Assembly: GCA_034780895.1 (NCBI GenBank)
Contig: JAUZTB010000127.1
Span: 19,052,769-19,116,768 of the forward strand
Source: Rhynchobatus australiae
Lineage: Eukaryota
Reading direction: 5' to 3'
Length of the DNA: 64,000 nucleotides
The first letter of the stretch is position 1, and each line of letters starts with the position of its first letter. This document shows, piece after piece, positions 51,690 to 64,000 of the stretch. Both the position numbers and the translations under genes were made by a program. The notes beneath the pieces were generated by a model that was given only the letters and a program-made list of their open reading frames with translations, did not search any database and had not been told where the DNA came from.

Positions 51690-52010
51690 TGTGGATGTCA
51701 TGGACAATACCAGCATTCCCCTGAAATGAGGAAGCAGTTAAAAGTCAATGATCTGGGCTCCCATATAAGCAATACCAGGTAAGGTGAACAGATTTCCTTC
51801 CATGAAGGACATTAGTGGTCTGGATAGGTTTTTGCAATAATCCAATCAGATTTACTGGTCACTGAGATCACCTTTCATTAAATTCCAGGTTTAGTTCATT
51901 ATTTCAATTCAATTTTCCTGGTTGCCGTGTTGGGAGTTGAACTTGTCGTTTTGAATCAATAATCCAGAACTCCAGCTGCTGGTCCAGTAACTTAACCATT
52001 ATGCAAATGC
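51690..52010 (-). mobile_element. tRNA-derived SINE (family of 46200-46490)
   Basis: ACCAGGTAAGG...CAGATTTCCTTCC...AAGGACATTAGTG. Confidence 0.6.
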
Positions 52011-52834
52011 ACCCAAAAGTAAGTACAATTCAGGGCATTATCTATACAACAAGCTTTTGTGGATTGACACACATCACAAGGTGGCATAGGTTTTAAGCCT
52101 ACATTAATTTAGACATAGAACAGTCTGAAGCCAACTGGTATTGGTGTAACAAGGATTTGTACAGTTTAACCTTTGGCAGTGTTAGACTTGCACTGTACAT
52201 GGACATTGGCCATAGTGCAAACGAGATTTTCAGACATGAGAACAAATAAATACTCTGTGAGCCTAGTGGTGGAGAGATACTGATTCAGGCCGATGATGTA
52301 TCACTGCTTTTGGAGCAAGACCTCCCCTTGCTATGTTTAGAAGGATTAAACAACTGAAGGCATAGAAATTTACCTTGGGCAGAGCACAAGAGGTTTCTCA
52401 TCAGCTGCCTGTTACACAAGTTAATCAATAGTCAATTTGTGAAATTGCTGTTAGTGGAATTGTTTCTTACAGTTTAATATTTAATATTGGGGGATTATCC
52501 AATACTGTCCATTTTTCCCTGCCAACCCAAGACACATTATTTTCACCAGATAAACTTCACAATGTGAATACCCCTGATTTGCATAATGATGTAGGTATGA
52601 GAGTAAAATGCCAAAGTGAATCACTGCAATCCATTGAGTTTCCCATGTTGCTATTGCTATACTGTTTTAGCTGTTATTCTCATTGTTGTGCAGAATAAAG
52701 TGAGCTCAACTTATCCATAAAATCCTTTTTGTGATATTGACACAAAACCTGGCACAATTTTGTGCAACTTCAGCATGGAACCATTTGGGGAAATTCTGGA
52801 ATAAGAAAGGTACGAACTTGTTTTTTTTATGTAG

Positions 52835-53012
52835 ACTCACAGAGATACTGCACAGAAACAGGCCCTACAGCCCACTGAGAATGCATCACCCTTCATGCAG
52901 CCATTTACAATAATCCTATGTTAATCCCCTTTTATTCTCTCCACATTCCTATCAACTCCCCCCAGATTCTACCACTCACCTATACACTGAGGGCAATTTA
53001 CAGTGGCCAATG
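52835..53012 (-). mobile_element. HE1-like SINE 3' fragment
   Basis: CAGAAACAGGCCC...GATTCTACCACTCACCTATACACTGAGGGCAATTTACAGTGGCCAAT, homologous to 29403-29560. Confidence 0.7.
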
Positions 53013-53765
53013 GTCTCCTCTTGAGGTATAATGTATTCCTGTTTCTAATTCTTCATCGAACTGTGTCTTTCATTCCTTAATCAAATCTAATTTCTGTCTT
53101 ATTCTGAAACATGTCAGGCCTGATTTTGTGGGGATAGAAAGGCCAATGTTTGGTGGTCCACTTTGAGTTTGCATGACTCCCATCCGAATAGAAAATCGGC
53201 TCAGTCTTTCAGTTACGCAAGTATCCACTATGCTACTGTACCCTTAAGGTGGTAGTTAATATCTTAACTCTTTTGATTTAACTTAGTTTGGGATAAGGAG
53301 AAATAAGATGAACAATTGTTGTATTTTGTTGTATGTTAAATATAAATACTAGTTTTCAGTTCAATTAGTTTTATCAGTTCACATGTAGTATTAAGCTTTC
53401 CTTTCTTGTAAAGGTTGCAGTAATGTAAATAAAGCTCTATCGTACCCTGCAGATAATTTAAGAGGCAAATGGAAGGGGGTATTTTTGCGTCAGTGACTGT
53501 AAACACACAGATTCTATTAGCTGTTTTTGGCAAAGTGTAATTTTTATTGCTTTCTTAGTACTCAAGCTGTTAACAATGAGATCTAATAAAAAAAACTGTT
53601 CATTGCAGCCAGACTTGAGGTTTCATTTGGCTCCACGATGCCTCTCCATTCACTTTATCACTGTCATTTATTCCAGCTTCTAGTACTTGTCTGCTAAATG
53701 TAGAAGATCAGAAACTCCAGTGTATTGCACTCTTTTCTGAAGAGTTCTTCTGTTGTAATTTAAAA

Positions 53766-53824
53766 CAGAACTTCATATTCCTTTTTTCCAGAACTTCATA
53801 TTCCTTTTCCAGAACTTCATATTT
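53766..53824. repeat. Three tandem copies of a 21-23 bp unit
   Basis: CAGAACTTCATATT(CCTTTT[TT]C) x3. Confidence 0.9.
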
Positions 53825-54174
53825 TTTTAATCTTTATTACCAGCATGTACCATACTTGGTTAAGTATCTACACTCATTACATAGCTTTCAACTGAACAAG
53901 TGGAGGATGCAAGCTGCAGTTATGGGAATGGACTATTCAATTTACATGAAGTTGATCTTACAAATTAATACTCAGTAACTTTTGCTGATGGGAGTTATGT
54001 CATGACTCGGAGGAAAATATCATTGACTCAAGTCCTACTTGATTCAATACAGATGTACACAGTTGAATTCTTCAATACATTGACTTTCAAGTACTCCTGT
54101 CAGTGAGACTTGAGTTGCTTAGTACCTTCCTGGATACTTTGTGCAGTTAGTGGCTGTGAGTTGGTTTGGATATA

Positions 54175-54780
54175 TTTTTTATCAAGGAGGCTCTGAGAGC
54201 ATCTTTGCTGCGCTAGAAATCTCTCGGCATGATGGAGCTCAGGGTAGAGTACTACTTTCAGGAGTCTGGGGTATAGTTTGTGGACTGTGAACTCTATGGC
54301 CTGTCCATCACAAGTCGTTGAGTGTGATCAGATCTTCAGTGATGGGGATGTTAGTTTGGGAGAGGACATTGGTCCACCTTTTTTGTTGGTGGATTTGGAG
54401 GATTTTGCAGAGACAGCTCTGAAGCTCGCAGTGTGTTGAGGTGCTTACAATAAGTCGTCTGTCTCCCCAAAAGACACTGCGNNNNNNNNNNNNNNNTGCT
54501 CAGTAAACCATGAGCTCAGTGCCGCATTTGTGGTCTTGGTCTTGGTCTTTTGAACACTTTTCGTTGGTGGCTAAAAATTGTGCTGGTGCACTTCAGGAAT
54601 CAATATCTGCCTTCCTTGAGAACTGGGTACAAATAGTGATCCAAGTATTCCAGGTTCTCATTGTGAACTGTAACTGTTGGGAATGGTGTTGTTCGATGGT
54701 GGCAGCTTCTGGAGGACTTTTCTCATGCAGATGTTTAGTTTATGGCTCGCCTCTTGTTCACTTCAGTGAATGAATCATTT
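54175..54780 (-). mobile_element. RTE (BovB-like) LINE fragment, decayed
   Basis: My minus-strand translation gives LCKILQIHQQKRWTNVLSQTNIPITEDLITLNDL*WTGH and TVHNENLEYLDHYLY, which resemble RTE ORF post-RT motifs (CLRKIL.I.W...LRWAGH). Confidence 0.75.
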
Positions 54781-55166
54781 GGAATTGTTGATGACTTAGA
54801 ACTTGGCTGCTTCCTGTGGATATATACAAGTGCAGTCGGATACAGAAAAGCCTTTGCAAGAATCCTCCTCGACAGTCTCCACCAATGGCCAGACAACGCG
54901 AACTGAAGTTGCAGTGCGGATTCCATTCATCAAGTGGTGTAACGGACGTGATCCTTGCTGTATGACAGATCCAAGGAAAATGCAGAGAGCAGCACCAACC
55001 GCTTAGTGTTTTCTCTTTGGTCGAACAAAAACCTTAAATGTCACAGATTATAGAGAATTCTTCTCAAATAAAAATTAGTTACTGTTCTCTATCTGCTCCA
55101 TAATGATCTGCAAGCTATGATCCTAACCAATAGGTGTACCATATACATAATCTGAGTGTAGACTAT

Positions 55167-55501
55167 GAGGATACAAAAAAATAGGAGCAGGAGTAGGCCA
55201 CTACACCCTGCTAGGCTGCATCGCCATTCAGTGTGATCATGGATGATCCATGCAGGGTGTAGGGCAGGGACAAGCAAGGCTTTGTCATTACACCAACCAT
55301 TTACTCAATCTTTTGCTCTGCAGTGATGCACCTCATCTCCAATAACATCTCCACTAGAGTGAAGTTAATCTTATAGGAAGAGAGGAAAGCTGTTCAACCC
55401 TTGTCATCTCCACCATAATTAACCATACTTGGAGTTGAGGCCAGCATAGATCAGTGGTGAGGGGTCTAATGACCTACTCTTGCTCCTATTTTCTTGTGTT
55501 C
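55167..55501. repeat. Inverted pair of CR1-type tails
   Basis: AAAATAGGAGCAGGAGTAGGCCA at left; TGACCTACTCTTGCTCCTATTTT at right. Confidence 0.65.
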
Positions 55502-55589
55502 AGTTGTTACATTACCTTACAGCCACAACAAACGTATATGTGCGCTCTTGAATGCTGAGCCCCAAGTCATCATTGATTCTTTCACAGAA

Positions 55590-55800
55590 CTTTTGGTCAG
55601 GGTAGCGAGGATTATTGCCCTGTTCTTCTGAACAAAAAATGGCACCTTTTAGTGTCTACTATTTCCACTGGAGAATAGATGGGGTAAGCTTCATCCAAAA
55701 GGTGGCACCACTGACAGTACAGCACCACACATAGTCAACTATCAGTATAGTTGCTGGAGTCGAAGTTGAATTCAGAAACATCTGGCTCAGAGACTGCTGA
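55590..55800 (-). mobile_element. Deu-domain SINE fragment
   Basis: TTCATCCAAAAGGTGGCACCACTGACAGTACAGCAC...TCTGGCTCAGAG, reverse complement of the 41525-42290 family. Confidence 0.6.
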
Positions 55801-56702
55801 TGCAAGCAGACTCCACGAATTAAGGGTTAAACTAAAATATTGTGGTGTCACACCTGGGGGGGAGGGGAGATGAAATCATAGGGGCATTAAAATGTATGCT
55901 TTTCTTTGTCTTTGAATAGATTTGTTTATTTATGAATAAATAATGGAAAGGGGGCTTTGCTTGATGGCCAAATGTTTTTCATATTGGGCGAAGTTTATTC
56001 TATTTCCCCCGATTGGTGAAAAGACCATATGCTGTGCGATTGGATATGTAGTGTTACCAATGGCAAGTTGCAGGGTGACAGGTAGTGATTGGAGGTAGGT
56101 CACTTGATGAAATCTGTTGAATATTGTCCAATATTGGGTTTTTAAAGATTGAGTACTTTATGTTAGAGCAATCTGGTAACAGTAGGAGTGTCATGCACCT
56201 GGATAGATGGCACTCTCTCAAAGTGGCTTCCATCCATATTACTGTTTGAGTTTCAGCAACTACTGATCACAGCAGATTACCTCCAAGAACCATATTAAAC
56301 TGGGAAGATGAACATGTATGACAGCTCTGTCACACAGCTTAGTATGGTTGACAGGAGTGTTAAGGCCCAGGAAGCTTAGTCAATTAGTAAGCAATCCATT
56401 TTTCTACACAACTCTGTTTCTTGGGGAGCCCCAGCTGACTGGGCAGCTTGAAGACTCGGCAGGTCTATTAGTTCTCTGCAGAGGCACATTGTTTCCAGCC
56501 TGTGCATCTCGTCAATTTNNNNNNNNNNNNNNNNNNNNNNNNNNNNNNNNCCACCTGCAGCATTCTGAAATAGGGCTCCTGTTATAGCACAAGATTTGAT
56601 TTAATTGATCCTTGCATTATTTCTAAATGGTTAATATTTAAAGAATATTGCAACATAGTCACACCACTATATAATCTTGTTGCAGTTCTAGTTTGCTAGA
56701 TA

Positions 56703-56797
56703 TAAACAGAAAATGCTGGAAATGCACAAAGGGACAGGCAACATCTACAGAGAGGGAAAAGGAGTTAACATTTTAGGTTGATGAACTTTCATCAGAT
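56703..56797 (-). mobile_element. Older Penelope-like terminus
   Basis: Minus strand CTGATGAAAGTTCATCAACCTAAAATGTTAACTC: CUGAUGA kept, GAAA changed to AAAA. Confidence 0.55.
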
Positions 56798-57319
56798 CCA
56801 CCTTGTGAAATACAGCATTTAATAAAAGGAAGAATAGAAGAAGACAACACTAATTTGTGACTGCTGCAATGCTGTTACACTTTAATGGTTTAAACTTTTT
56901 TCTTTTGAACCATTTTATTCAAACATCAAATTAAATTTGTTAGGTAGTAAAATTTGAGTATAGTCAGCAGCAGACAGCCTAATACTTTTTGTTACCAGTT
57001 TTCTTTTCATCTGTCTTTCTTGTCCACTCAAAGCATTAAACTCTATTACAGTTTCTGATTTCTCTCAATATTTGTTTTCTGCAAAGATATGAAGATACTT
57101 ACTGTAGGTATGCAGAGGCCTCTATAAGCCAAAATATGACCTTATCAATGTTAGTAGATTGAGCATCAACTCGTGCTTCTAATATAGTGTATTGAGGATC
57201 ACTGAGCCACACATGAGCCTATCACATTTGTATCTATTGTCTGCTTAATCATTCCAAGTCAAATTCCACTGACCTGTCCTTTTCCCCCATTATCCACTAT
57301 CTTCCACTGCCTCAACTGT

Positions 57320-57948
57320 TTGTTCTCGCTTTACAATATTTTTATTAGATCCATGAAAAAAATAGAGTACGTGCATCAAAAAAGAGTCAAAATACTACTG
57401 AATACATTGTGTTAAAAATCATACTTAGGATCACAATACTCTAAATTAATAATCACATTTAATAGTTAAAGGAAAAATTGGANNNNNNNNNNNNNNNNNN
57501 NNNNNNNNNNNNNNNNNNNNNNNNNNNNNNNNNNNNNNNNNNNNNNNNNNNNNNNNNNNNNNNNNNNNNNNNNNNNNNNNNNTTAATAATCACATGTAAT
57601 AGTTAAAGGAAAAATTGGAATATTTTTAAAAAAAAATCTACTCCCACTAACAAAACCAAAGCTGTTTGATTCTTTTTAAAAAAACAAGGAAAAACCCTTG
57701 AAATGTAACAATGTCAGCCAATATCTGTATTTTAGTCACCAAATCAAAGATTTTGAAAATAATTCAAAGAAGGTCCCCACAGGGTTTGAAAGTCCAAGTT
57801 AGATTCAAAAACTGGACAGCGAATCTTCTCTAGATTCAAGTATGACATAACATCCCTTAACCATTGAGCATGAGTAGGCAGAGTAATTTCCTCCATTTAA
57901 GCAACTCAGCTCTCCTGGCTATAAGAGAAATAAAAGCCAGAATGTGTT
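57320..57948 (-). mobile_element. L1-clade LINE 3' end
   Basis: Minus-strand translation with frameshifts: HILAFISLIARRA.LLKW...PTHAQWLRDVMSYLNLEKIR...FQTLWGP, the fish-type L1 ORF2 C-terminus. Confidence 0.8.
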
Positions 57949-60900
57949 CTTAAAATATGTTCTGGCGTCTGCCACAGTTGCTTCCAGTAGCAAAAGCAAC
58001 ATGTTAGGAGCATAAAATTTCTTCTGAATTTTCTCCTTGTCTGGAAACAGAGCTTTATTGCAAAGTAAATAGTTTTGAACTTCAGTCACTTTTTCCAGTG
58101 CAGGAATTGCATTGCGGATTTGGGGATTATCATAATGGCACTATTCAATTGATCCAAACATGTAGAAACAAAAACTCCTGATTCATCATGAGGTATTTTA
58201 ATATATGCAATCTAATATGAGCTGCTATCCTTTTTATTACATATTAGTCATCAGCACTCTATAATGCCAAATGGTATTCTGTTTGGAATTGCACCAAATT
58301 TGGTGTCAATACAGCACAATGCACAGGATCTTGGGTCACCACAGTATTTAAATAGTGTCCAGGATACTGGGGAGATCCCTCTACTCTTTTTTTAAAAAAA
58401 AAAGTGACAAGAATTCCAGCCTCTTGCTGGTACCTCCAAATCTTTTGTGCCTACCTGAGAGATCAGATGTGTATCCAAATGACAAAGTATCAGTCTTTTG
58501 GCCCCGCACTGGAGTATGGCAATGATCGGAAGCTGTTATTCCTTAGAAATTCATTCCATGAGTGGCAAATGTATGTATGTAAAGGCACAATTTATTCTAA
58601 CTCTGAAATTTATTCCTTTGACTTTAAAGCAATGAATTTCAAAGATAGAGTAGAATGTGTTGATGCTACTAACAACACTGCCAACGGGACAAATTACGAG
58701 GGATCGGAGTTCTGTTTCTCGACAGTATTGCCCCTTGTACCGAATTGCATGAATTTCACATGATGGTGAACCACTTATGTCATGTTGCTACAACAATCAG
58801 GAACAAAGGTCCTCCAGTTTTTAACTGAGAACCCTCATACAAGGCAAGTTGTGCCAGGGATTGAGAATCAAATTATCTTGACCTTTGTGGATTGATGGAG
58901 TGTCATTGTTTGTTAATAATGCTGCTTTGTATTCAAGTTTGAGTTGTTAGGAAACAGCCTCCTGCATTATATCACTAGTGACCCATCCCATGGAAAGAAA
59001 ACATGCATTCAGAGAAATGGTGAGAATCATTTAAGTGCCAGGTGAAAGGTCTCCTTTTAAGCAATCACTATTGCCTACAGCACAACAGTCTTTTTAAGTC
59101 CTACCAATTGAGTATTAAAGTAATTTTTCCAGTAGAATAGCCTTTCAGCATTTACACAGATATTGGAAAAGCAAGCTCTACTCGTCCCAAAATACTTGCC
59201 TCTTTCACTGTGACCCTGCTCTATGTGCAGGTTTTATTTGTTAAATTATTGTTGCGTTATTTGAATTTGAGTTCAGAAGTCAAAAATAGAACTACAGAAT
59301 TGTCCTAAAATTTGTAAACCCAGTCTCTTATCTGTACCAAGTTTCATGAAGTATGTAGTGTACATATTGTGGTATGTCTACTTTTCATTCTGTGTATGTC
59401 CACATTAATTTCTTCTACACTACTGTGAATATATTAAAAAAAATATCTTTCTCAGTTCTACGTGAGAGCTTGCACCTAATACTAAAACACTACAGCCCAG
59501 CAGACATTAGCTTGAATAATTTTGATTCTCTATATCTGGTGAAATATCAAACAAAATAATTCAAATTTTCTGATTTAGTCCAATTGTAGGCATTCTGCAT
59601 TGCTGTTATATCTGTAGAATGTTACCATATTTGGAAAGGATGTACTTTCTAGGCTAAATACCTTTTCCTCAGTATTTTATGAAATCACAATTATCTTCAA
59701 TTATATGGTACTGTCATGACCTTGTATCTTGTAAGTAAAGTTACAATGCAAGATGCACAAACTCTTAGAACCTTTTAATATTTTTTTAAAAAAGTGTTTA
59801 TTTAGGATGTTACTGTGTCTCCAAAATACCTGAACAGAAGAATGAGGTTCTTGAATGTCTAAACAATGGCTTAATATTGCATCCAATGTAACTAACTGCT
59901 TTACCTGTTTCAGACTTGCATGTCAAGTTGGATACTAGGTACCACTATCCATATATCTGAATGTATTGGGCCAGATTGTGGACCACAGATCTGATATTAT
60001 ACTTTCTGCTTTGTGGGCATTTTTCTCCTTGGACTAGAGGGTGAAATGGAGTCCAGCAAGTTAATTTTCCATGTCCATCCATCATTTCAGCATTAGTGAA
60101 AGCTCCTTCATAATGGCTCAATATAGGTAATTATTAAAAAAAAAATGGCAAAATTGTCAGCAACTGCCATTGTTACAGGATAAATCCAAAGAAACCTCTT
60201 GGAGTATTCACCTGTGCAGTTGAGAACACAAATCCAGATACTACTGCTATTACGTAGTAGGTCCATGACCAAAGTGCTCACTGGTGTGAGGTAATGGCTC
60301 CACCTGCTTTTGTGTGGGCCAGTGAATTTCTGGGCAAAGCTATTTCTGTTATGTGCTTAGTCTGTAGACATGGAATCTATTTTAACATTGTGCCAACTGA
60401 TATCGGGCTGGTGTTGACAACAACTTGGTAAAATAATGGAATTAAATGCCCTGAGGAGTGTCAGCTGGACATCATGTACTTTGGTAACAAAAGTTTTCAA
60501 ACCCTAAGATTCTAACTGCCAGGTGGAAACAATATTCCATAATATTATCCACTATAATCAAGGAGCTCTTGTCAAGTGATTGTGAGTTCTCATGTTTCTT
60601 AGGCAAACTAATACAGATTGCATAAAAGCCCTGCTATTGGTAGCAGTCTTTCACAGTTAAGAGAAGTGCTTTTGAGTTACCACTACCTACCTTTTCAATG
60701 AAAAGTTTGGCTCGATCTCAAGCTTATTCAGTGGCTCATTATGGCTGCCCTTCCTGTTGAATAGACTGCTGCATTCTTTATACATTTTCCTTGGGGAGTG
60801 CACAAACCAGGAAAGCTGTCAGTTCTCTCTCCTGCTTGTGATTCAAACTGCAACTTCAGGCAATCCAACCCATCAGCTGCAAGTCTGAAATGTCTGAAGA

Positions 60901-62879
60901 TGTGAAAGCAAGAGGACATGTGAGGAAATGAACAGCACAAAGCACTGTTTGTGAATGGGGCAGTGATTCCAGGAATAACACTTTTTTGAAATTTGGAACA
61001 AATGTTTCCTTTGAGCAATAGATATCATGTGAGTGTGAATACTGAACATCCTTGCTTGCCTGAATTCATGAGCTACCTGTGAATGATTTTTCTATATGCT
61101 GTGTTACCCATTCTTAAATTTCTGCCCTCATATATGATCCAGCACGTCTGATTGATCTGCATCGGCCCAGTTATGTGTTAAATATAACAGTATAGCTCCA
61201 TTCTTGAAATATTAAGTACGTGTTTCCATGACACAAAGTGCTGATATTATTGGACTCGAGAGAAAATCAGGCTAATACTTTTGGAATGATGATGTTGTTG
61301 CATTCTTAGCCACATCTGCAAACTTCTCGGTTTGACGAAGATCTCCTGTGCAACAGGATTCTCAGTTGGAAATCACTCAGCCACACAAACTGCAAGGTTG
61401 TCCAATCTTAATGCTGATATGATTTATAAAAATTGTAGATTGAAGTAAATAAGACATTTTCTGGCTTTGTATTAATTTTGACATTGAGAAGATTCATGCT
61501 GTTCCTTGGAATAGCTGACCCACCTACCTTGATGCTGAGTAATTGGTGCTTGGGATATAAAAAGATAAGTGAGACTTTCAGAATGTTATATCATTGTTCC
61601 TTTCACTTGTAATCTGAGTGATATTTCCAGCATTGACAATTCTTTTACCAGAATGGAGTTTGTATAGGCTATTAAAACAAGGTTCCCTGATGTTAATATG
61701 GATGTACTGTATGTACAGTTGGAAAGAATACATGCACTCTGTATAATGATGCTTCCATTTCAAACATAACACAAACATTTTTCCTTCCTCAACTAATCCT
61801 TTTATATTTGTTTTTTAAAAAAAAATCAAAGCTCAAATTTTATTTTGGGAATCTGAATTCTTCTGCTCTCAAGGTTGAAGAAATGTAGAGGACACACAGA
61901 CACTTTTTTTTTGAAAATGCATATTCTTCCATAAATGCAGTGATGTATAGAAGTTCATGCTTTGCTGCAGAACTCGTATTTTCAGTGTGAGAGCTGTCCA
62001 GAGAAAACAAGGACGCACGAATCTGCCAGTTACCTGGCAACTGCAATGTCTTCATGCTTCCAACTAACTCATTTTGACAGAAGTAAGGGCAAACTCCTTT
62101 AGAATACTGCTTGTAACAAAGTTTACTGCCAGTAGCTGGTTACCTGTTTGATTCTGTGTGTTGGAAGACAAATATATCTGGAATGTCTTGCAGTGAAGAA
62201 CTTGTCTCATCAAGATAAACTGAAGTTATATATCAAAGCTGTTTTACATTTAATTTTAGAGTCAGCAAAATGTGTTCAATCTACAAGAGTAGGGAAGGAG
62301 ATGGGCACAAATTTCTGCCTCTTGGATTCAGTTATGTTAGTGGCTTCCTTGACACTTTTGTGTTCAGGTATTCATCCAAGTCCTCCCAATACTCAGATTT
62401 AGTTCCCAGAAACAAATTTCTGAAATCAATAGGAAGCTGAAGAAATGAGTTGATTTCCTCTTCCATACCATGACATTTCCTGTATGTGCTTGAATAGTTT
62501 TCTGTATTACTTAATAGTGCACATTGCGAGATAAGGAGGAAATGATTGTCACTAGAGCCTTGTTCTTTGTGGTTTCAATAAATTACCCTGAGAAATTAGT
62601 CTTGCATTAAGGAGAAGTTTGCAAGGGTGTAAATTAAGCAAAAGATTCACAAGTGATGGAAAAATATTGTGGTATCTTTCTCATTCTGAGCTTTGAACTC
62701 ACTGCAACAAAACTTCATCGTACTCTGAATTAGGGATTTGGGTTCAAAACATTGCTAGAAGATTGTGCTTCCTGTTTGGAAAAGTGGTTTGCATATTGTA
62801 CTGCTGCCACATAGTCTGGAGGACTGATTACATCCCTCTTTTCCCAGCTGACGTGGCTTGTGCGGATAATTCAGTTGGT

Positions 62880-64000
62880 GGTATTGGTTTATTGCTGTCA
62901 CTTGCATCGAGGTACAGTGAAAAACTTGTCTTGCATACCATTTGTACAGATCAATTCATTACACGGTGCATTGAGGTAGCACGGTAAAAAACAATAACAG
63001 AATAAGTGTCACAGCTACAGGGAAGTGCATTGCAAGTAGACAATAANNNNNNNNNNNNNNNNNNNNNNNNNNNNNNNNNNNNNNNNNNNNNNNNNNNNNN
63101 NNNNNNNNNNNNNNNNNNNNNNNNNNNNNNNNNNNNNNNNNNNNNNGGTAAAGGTTTATTATTGTCACTTGTACCGAGGTACAGTGAAAAACTTGCCTTG
63201 CACACCGATCGTACAGATCAATTCATGTGCATTGAGGTTGTACAGGGTAAAAACAATAACAAAATACAGATTAAAGTTTCACAGCTGCGGGGGAGTGCAG
63301 TGCAGGTAGACAATAAGCTGCAAGGTAAACAAGGTAGATCGTGAGGTCAGAGTCCATCTCATCATGTAAGGGAACCATTCAATAGTCTTAACACCGTGGG
63401 ATAGAAGCTGTCCTTGAGCCTGGTGGTATCTGCCCTCAGGCTCTTGTATCTTCTGCCTGATAAGAGAGAAGGGAAAATGACCTGGATGGGTGGGGTCTTT
63501 GATAATGCTGGCTGCTTCTCCAAGCAGCGAGGGGTATAGACAGTCCATGGAGGGGAGGCTATTGGGCTGTGCCCACACTCTGCAGTCCTGGGCAGAGCAT
63601 TTGTCATACCAAGCCATGATGCATCCAGATAGGATGCTTTCTCTAGTGCCTTGATTTAAAAATTGATGAGTGTCAAAGGGGATGTACCAAATTTCTTCAG
63701 CCTCCTGAGGAAGTAGAGGTGCTGATGAGCATTCTTGGCCGTGACGTCTCCGTGGTTGGACCAGGACAGGCTACTGGTGATGTTCACTCCTAGGAACTTG
63801 AAGCTCTCAACCCTCTCTGCCTCAGCACCATTGATGTAGAGAGGTGCATGTACACGGACCCATTTTCCTGAAGTCAATAACCAGCTTTTTTGATTTGCTG
63901 ACATTAAGGGAACAGTTGTTGTTATTGACACCATGTCACTAAGCTCTCTATTTCCTTCCTGTAATCTGACTCATCATTATTTGAGATAGTCTACTACAGT
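62880..64000 (-). mobile_element. Rex1/Babar LINE (two tandem 3' tails plus ORF remnant), runs off window
   Basis: ORFs ERVESFKFLGVNITSSLSWSNH...HLYFLRRLKKFG and SGRRYKSLRADTTRLKDSFYP. Confidence 0.9.

Larger units (their letters stand above)
16058..64000 (+). other. XYLT1: XYLT1 intron 1 (continues past window end)
   Basis: Starts GTATGT. I could not find the next conserved XYLT1 coding exon in the window. Repeat-rich, as expected for the very long first intron of vertebrate XYLT1. Confidence 0.75.

Noticed and set aside
53766-53824. Short direct repeats as a CRISPR-like array
   Set aside because: No spacers, eukaryotic context; simple slippage triplication.
57446-57619. 37-bp direct repeat either side of a 100-N gap
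   Set aside because: Most likely an assembly overlap or allelic duplication (one mismatch), not biology.

Overview
Vertebrate genomic DNA, very probably a cartilaginous fish (shark/ray), inferred from its repeats: CR1/HER1-type LINE tails, HE1/V-SINEs, Deu-domain SINEs, Rex1/Babar, Tx1, L1, RTE and Penelope-like fragments. It is a draft assembly with several N gaps. The only well-supported gene feature is the CpG-island promoter and first coding exon of xylosyltransferase 1 (XYLT1, + strand, 15848-16057); the remaining ~48 kb is its intron 1, and about 15 kb lies upstream. Most ORF-track entries are chance ORFs or decayed retrotransposon pieces. The most notable signal is a dispersed family of Penelope-like termini carrying minimal type-I hammerhead ribozyme motifs. 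One copy (35032-35069, minus) keeps the core and stems I/II. Inside the intron, copies with a recognisable core are antisense to XYLT1, while sense arms lack it. Other points: a promoter dense in CCAAT, CRE and G4 motifs, candidate frame-preserving micro-exons, a second intronic CpG patch, and several nested or inverted repeats. Repeat families were recognised by eye from remembered consensus motifs and their boundaries are approximate.
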